Made by a program: the position numbers and the translations under genes
Source of the DNA: the human T2T-CHM13v2.0 reference genome, Homo sapiens
Reading direction: 5' to 3' (one strand)
NCBI RefSeq assembly: GCF_009914755.1
Contig: NC_060926.1
Length of the DNA: 64,000 nt
Notes under the pieces: model-generated
What the model was told of the DNA's origin: nothing
The model's database searches: none
What the model saw: only the letters and a program-made list of their open reading frames with translations
Shown here: piece after piece, positions 60,160 to 64,000 of the stretch
Layout: each line of letters opens with the position of its first letter
How positions within the stretch are numbered: the first letter of the stretch is position 1

Positions 60160-60463
60160 TTTTTTGTCTGGTTTTGTTTTGAGACAAGGTCTTGCTCTGT
60201 CGCCCAGGGTGGAGTGCAGTGGCACAACTCACTGCAACCTCCGCCTCTGGGCTGCAAGCAGTTTTCCTCAGCTTCCCAAGTAGCTGGGACCACAGGCATG
60301 CTCCAACAGGCCCAGCTAATTTTTCTTTTCTTTTCTTTTTTTTTTTTTTAGAGACGGGGTTTCATCATGTTGCCCAGGCTGGTCTGGAACTCCTGAACTC
60401 AAGCTATTTGCAGGCCTCAGCCTCCCAAAATGCTGGGATTACAGGTTGAGCCACTGCGCCCAG
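60160..60463 (-). mobile_element. Alu (diverged, AluJ/S), intronic
   Basis: Dimer GAGACAAGGTCTTGCTCTGTCGCCCAGG...GAGCCACTGCGCCCAGC. Confidence 0.85.
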
Positions 60464-60828
60464 CTGTTCATATTCTGAAACAACTTCTTAAGCCTGTTTT
60501 TCTCAATTAAATTTTTGATTTCTTATTGAGTACAAAATGCAGTTCTTCAAGCAGCCTTCTTGGGCCCAAAACATAGCCTCAAAAAAATTTGGGAATGTTA
60601 AGAAAATCAATAAATGTCCTGGGGCAAAAGTTTGCTTCTGCCAGATTTTAGAAGGAAATGCAGATGACTTTGACTTTATCTGTGATAATATAACCTTTTT
60701 TTCAATTCTCCAGTGGTTCAGTTAAGAGAGCTGCTTATTTAAAGCTTAAACATTCATAAGAGAGGAAAGTGCAGGAACAACCCTTGTAGAAAAATAAATC
60801 TATCTAAACACTGTTGTCTCAGAGTAAT

Positions 60829-60920
60829 AGATTAACTTTTTAACACCTTCTAACTACCTCAAAATAATTCTCAGATTAAGCTTTTAACACCTTCTAACTA
60901 CCTCAGAAATAATTCTCAGA
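60829..60920. repeat. ~44-bp tandem duplication
   Basis: AGATTAA..TTTTAACACCTTCTAACTACCTCA(G)AAATAATTCTC occurs twice. Confidence 0.85.
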
Positions 60921-62229
60921 AAGACAAGCAGAATTGTAACTCATCTTAAATATATAATCATAAACATTTTCTGTTTTAAGAGGCTTGTAAAAATTTCAAC
61001 ATTCTTGGTTAGAATTATTTTAAATGGAGTTACTACAGATTGCTTCAATATACCCTCTCACTGTTGGAATTTGTTAAAAAAAAATTTACTTACCCACAAC
61101 ATATGAACTTCCCGTAAATTTATATCTGCACCCTAAATTTAGCTCCCATGCACACCCTTTATTTGGGAGGTTAAGAACAGAAAGCTACATGAAATCAGAT
61201 GCCCTGATTTCACTTTATGGCACAATTACTTTTAGCTGTGTGACCTTGGGCAAGGAATTTTACCTTTTCTGCGCCTCAGTTTCTTTAAGATGAGGATAAT
61301 CGGACTCACCATCACAAGACATTGCTGGGAGGATAAAATGAGATATCTGACCTTCAGGAATCTAACTCCAAACTTGGATTTATTAAGGAATAAATTTTGT
61401 AATCATTGAAATAATATGTATCTGTTTGACACAATATTTAAAATACTTATGATGTTTGAAAATTTACAAGTTAGAGTATTTGTTAAATTAGGCTTGTGAT
61501 TCCAATTTAAAATGTGTAATTTAGTATTTGACTTCCAATTTTAAGTGGAAATGTACTAAAGAATTTGACTAACATTGTAAGTAATATTGGAATATTTAAG
61601 AACACCGAAATAAAATAGAACATGGTGACTCTTTTTAACTATTCATTTATATTATTTATTGATATTTATATTAACTCATTCAGTCTTTAAAACAACTCTA
61701 GAAATTATGTACTAGTTCTGTATTTCCTCAATTTTAAGCTACACAATTGGATTCTTCTTATAATCAATTTCTTATAATCAATGGCATGTTAAGTTTAATT
61801 AGCTGTGGGTTTTCTCTAGTGATTTATAAATTAACAACACATAATATATTTAATGAAATATGGCATTATTCCCATTTTGCTGATAAATCACAGCAGAGAG
61901 GTTGAGTAACTTGCCCAAGTCATATAGTTGGTTAGGAAAAGAGCTGGGATTCAAATCAAGGCAGCCTGACTCAAAGGCTCAAGTCTGTGCTCTTAACCTC
62001 TATGCCTTACTGTAACAGTCTCACATTGAGGACTACATAGTTATGAATAATGGTGTTTCATACATTTCTGCATTTGAAAATATTTGAATATGTCCATCCT
62101 TGGATTCTAATTTCATTCACCATACCCACTATCCAAACTATTATATTCAAGCTCTGAGATGGCATACAGAGAGTACCACATAACCAAGTAGACTGTAGAT
62201 ACCACAATACGGATTTGGGAAACAATCTA

Positions 62230-62469
<240 letters not shown>

Positions 62470-62863
62470 TTATTTCACAGCTATACCATTGCTAACATTA
62501 TCATTATTGAATCTTTATCACTGAAAAAGGATAGTTTTCTTGTATGTGATATAATCTCAATGCTATATAAAATGTAAATAAATCAAAACAATTTTTTTAC
62601 AAGCAAATCACTCACCCAGAGATGATGTCTACCAACAGAGATGACAACATATCAAGGATTACAACATGTTATTATAGCTTTCTCAACAATGTAATTTTAA
62701 ATGCAAATAACATTTTAAATAATGAAAATAACCTACAATGAGGCAGCATGTAAAAATGACAAACCCTTATAATTGCTCAAATAAAAACCAAATTTTTCTT
62801 ATTTCATGCAGAAATCATTCATTTTTCATATTTGCAACTTTAAAAATTGTACCACTTTATTAA

Positions 62864-63150
62864 TTTTTTTTTTTTATGGAGTCTCTCTCTGTCGCCCAGG
62901 CTGGAGTGCAGTGGCACGATCTCGGCTCACTGCAAGCTTCACCTCCCAGGTTCACGCATTTCTTCTGCCTCAGCTCCCGAGTAGCTGGGACTACAGGCGC
63001 CCACCACCACACCCGGCTAATTTTTGGTATTTTTAGTAGAGACGGGGTTTTACCATGTTAGCCAGGATGGTCTCGATCACCTGACCTTGTGATCCACCCG
63101 CCTAGGCCTCCCAAAGTGCTGGGATTACACACGTGTGCCACTGCGCCCAC
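62864..63150 (-). mobile_element. Alu (AluY/Sc-like), intronic
   Basis: Full dimer with CTGCAAGCT and GTTAGCCAGGATGGTCTCGATC. Confidence 0.9.
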
Positions 63151-63314
63151 AATATTAAATCATTTTTATAAAGATTATCTTTAATTAGATATTTACCTAA
63201 GTATGTAATATAGGTTTCTTAAGTATTTCCTAGGTTTATTGAATCAATTTACTTAATCTGTACACAGAATCAAAAGGGAAAAAATAGCTTTATTGTAAAA
63301 CCTATGTTCTTCTT

Positions 63315-63443
63315 ATTTTTATTTAAAATAGAGACAGTCTGTGATGTTGCCCAGGCTGGTCTTGAACTCCTGACCTCAAGCAATCTTCCTGCCTAAGCCT
63401 CCCATAGTGGTGGGATTATAGGGGTGAGCCATCATGTCCAGCC
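63315..63443 (-). mobile_element. Alu monomer / FLAM
   Basis: ATGTTGCCCAGGCTGGTCTTGAACTCCTGACCTCAAGCAATC...GAGCCATCATGTCCAGCC. Confidence 0.8.
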
Positions 63444-64000
63444 TAAACCTATGTTTTTATGATGTTCATCATTCAGCAAATACTTATTAAGTACTGCCAT
63501 TTGCCATGTGTTAAAGATTTTGCTCCAATAATTTGATCTACTATCAAATAAGACTAGCGTTTAAAAAAACCCTTTAAAAATACGTAGAAATAAAGATCTA
63601 AATAAAGACCTAAATCCATGTTAAAAGTCCTGTGCTCATGTCACCATCTAAAACATTGATTGGGCACAGGGAGAGAGACCCTAAGTGCCCTTGACTGATT
63701 AGTGGTACTACTATCCATTAGTTAAAAACATTACTTATAAATTGATCTCAAATTCATTTGTATAGGAATGTCTTTCCTCAATGAAAAATATCTTCATATT
63801 AAGCCACTGGGGTGCAGGTGAGTCTGCATAGTCTCCAGCCTTTGAGGCTAGAGATGTAGAGATAACCACAGTGCCAAGCCTGCTGAATGGAGGTGAGGAT
63901 TAAATGAAAGAACATATAGGAGAGGGCTTCAAGTCACTGGGACATAAAATAAAACTGTGTGAGGTTTATGGGAAAGATAAGCAAATAAAGCAACTATATC

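Overview
This is primate (very likely human) genomic DNA. The GALNT3 exons together with a 584-aa HERV-H Env point to the chr2q24.3 locus; that assignment is recognised from memory, not database-checked. Three minus-strand units lie in tandem. (1) A full-length 8,649-bp HERV-H provirus (4878-13526) has two 483-bp LTRs about 4.3% diverged, a His-tRNA PBS, a PPT, a damaged gag, a frameshift-free pro-pol with 4 premature stops, and an intact env ORF whose furin site reads QQKR. (2) A full-length L1PA2/L1PA3-type LINE-1 (28964-35017, 17-bp TSD) has ORF1 broken by two CpG-type nonsense changes, ORF2 broken by a single 1-nt deletion in an A10 run, and an intact antisense ORF0. (3) The last nine exons and 3' UTR of GALNT3 (~45180-62422) encode the catalytic and ricin-type lectin domains. 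The rest is Alu, MaLR LTR, old L1M, L2, MIR and MER5 debris plus a few locally born tandem or inverted repeats, most notably a palindromic 36-bp minisatellite at 42148-42343. The main components are known classes of element. The findings are locus-level peculiarities and hypotheses, not a demonstrated new system.
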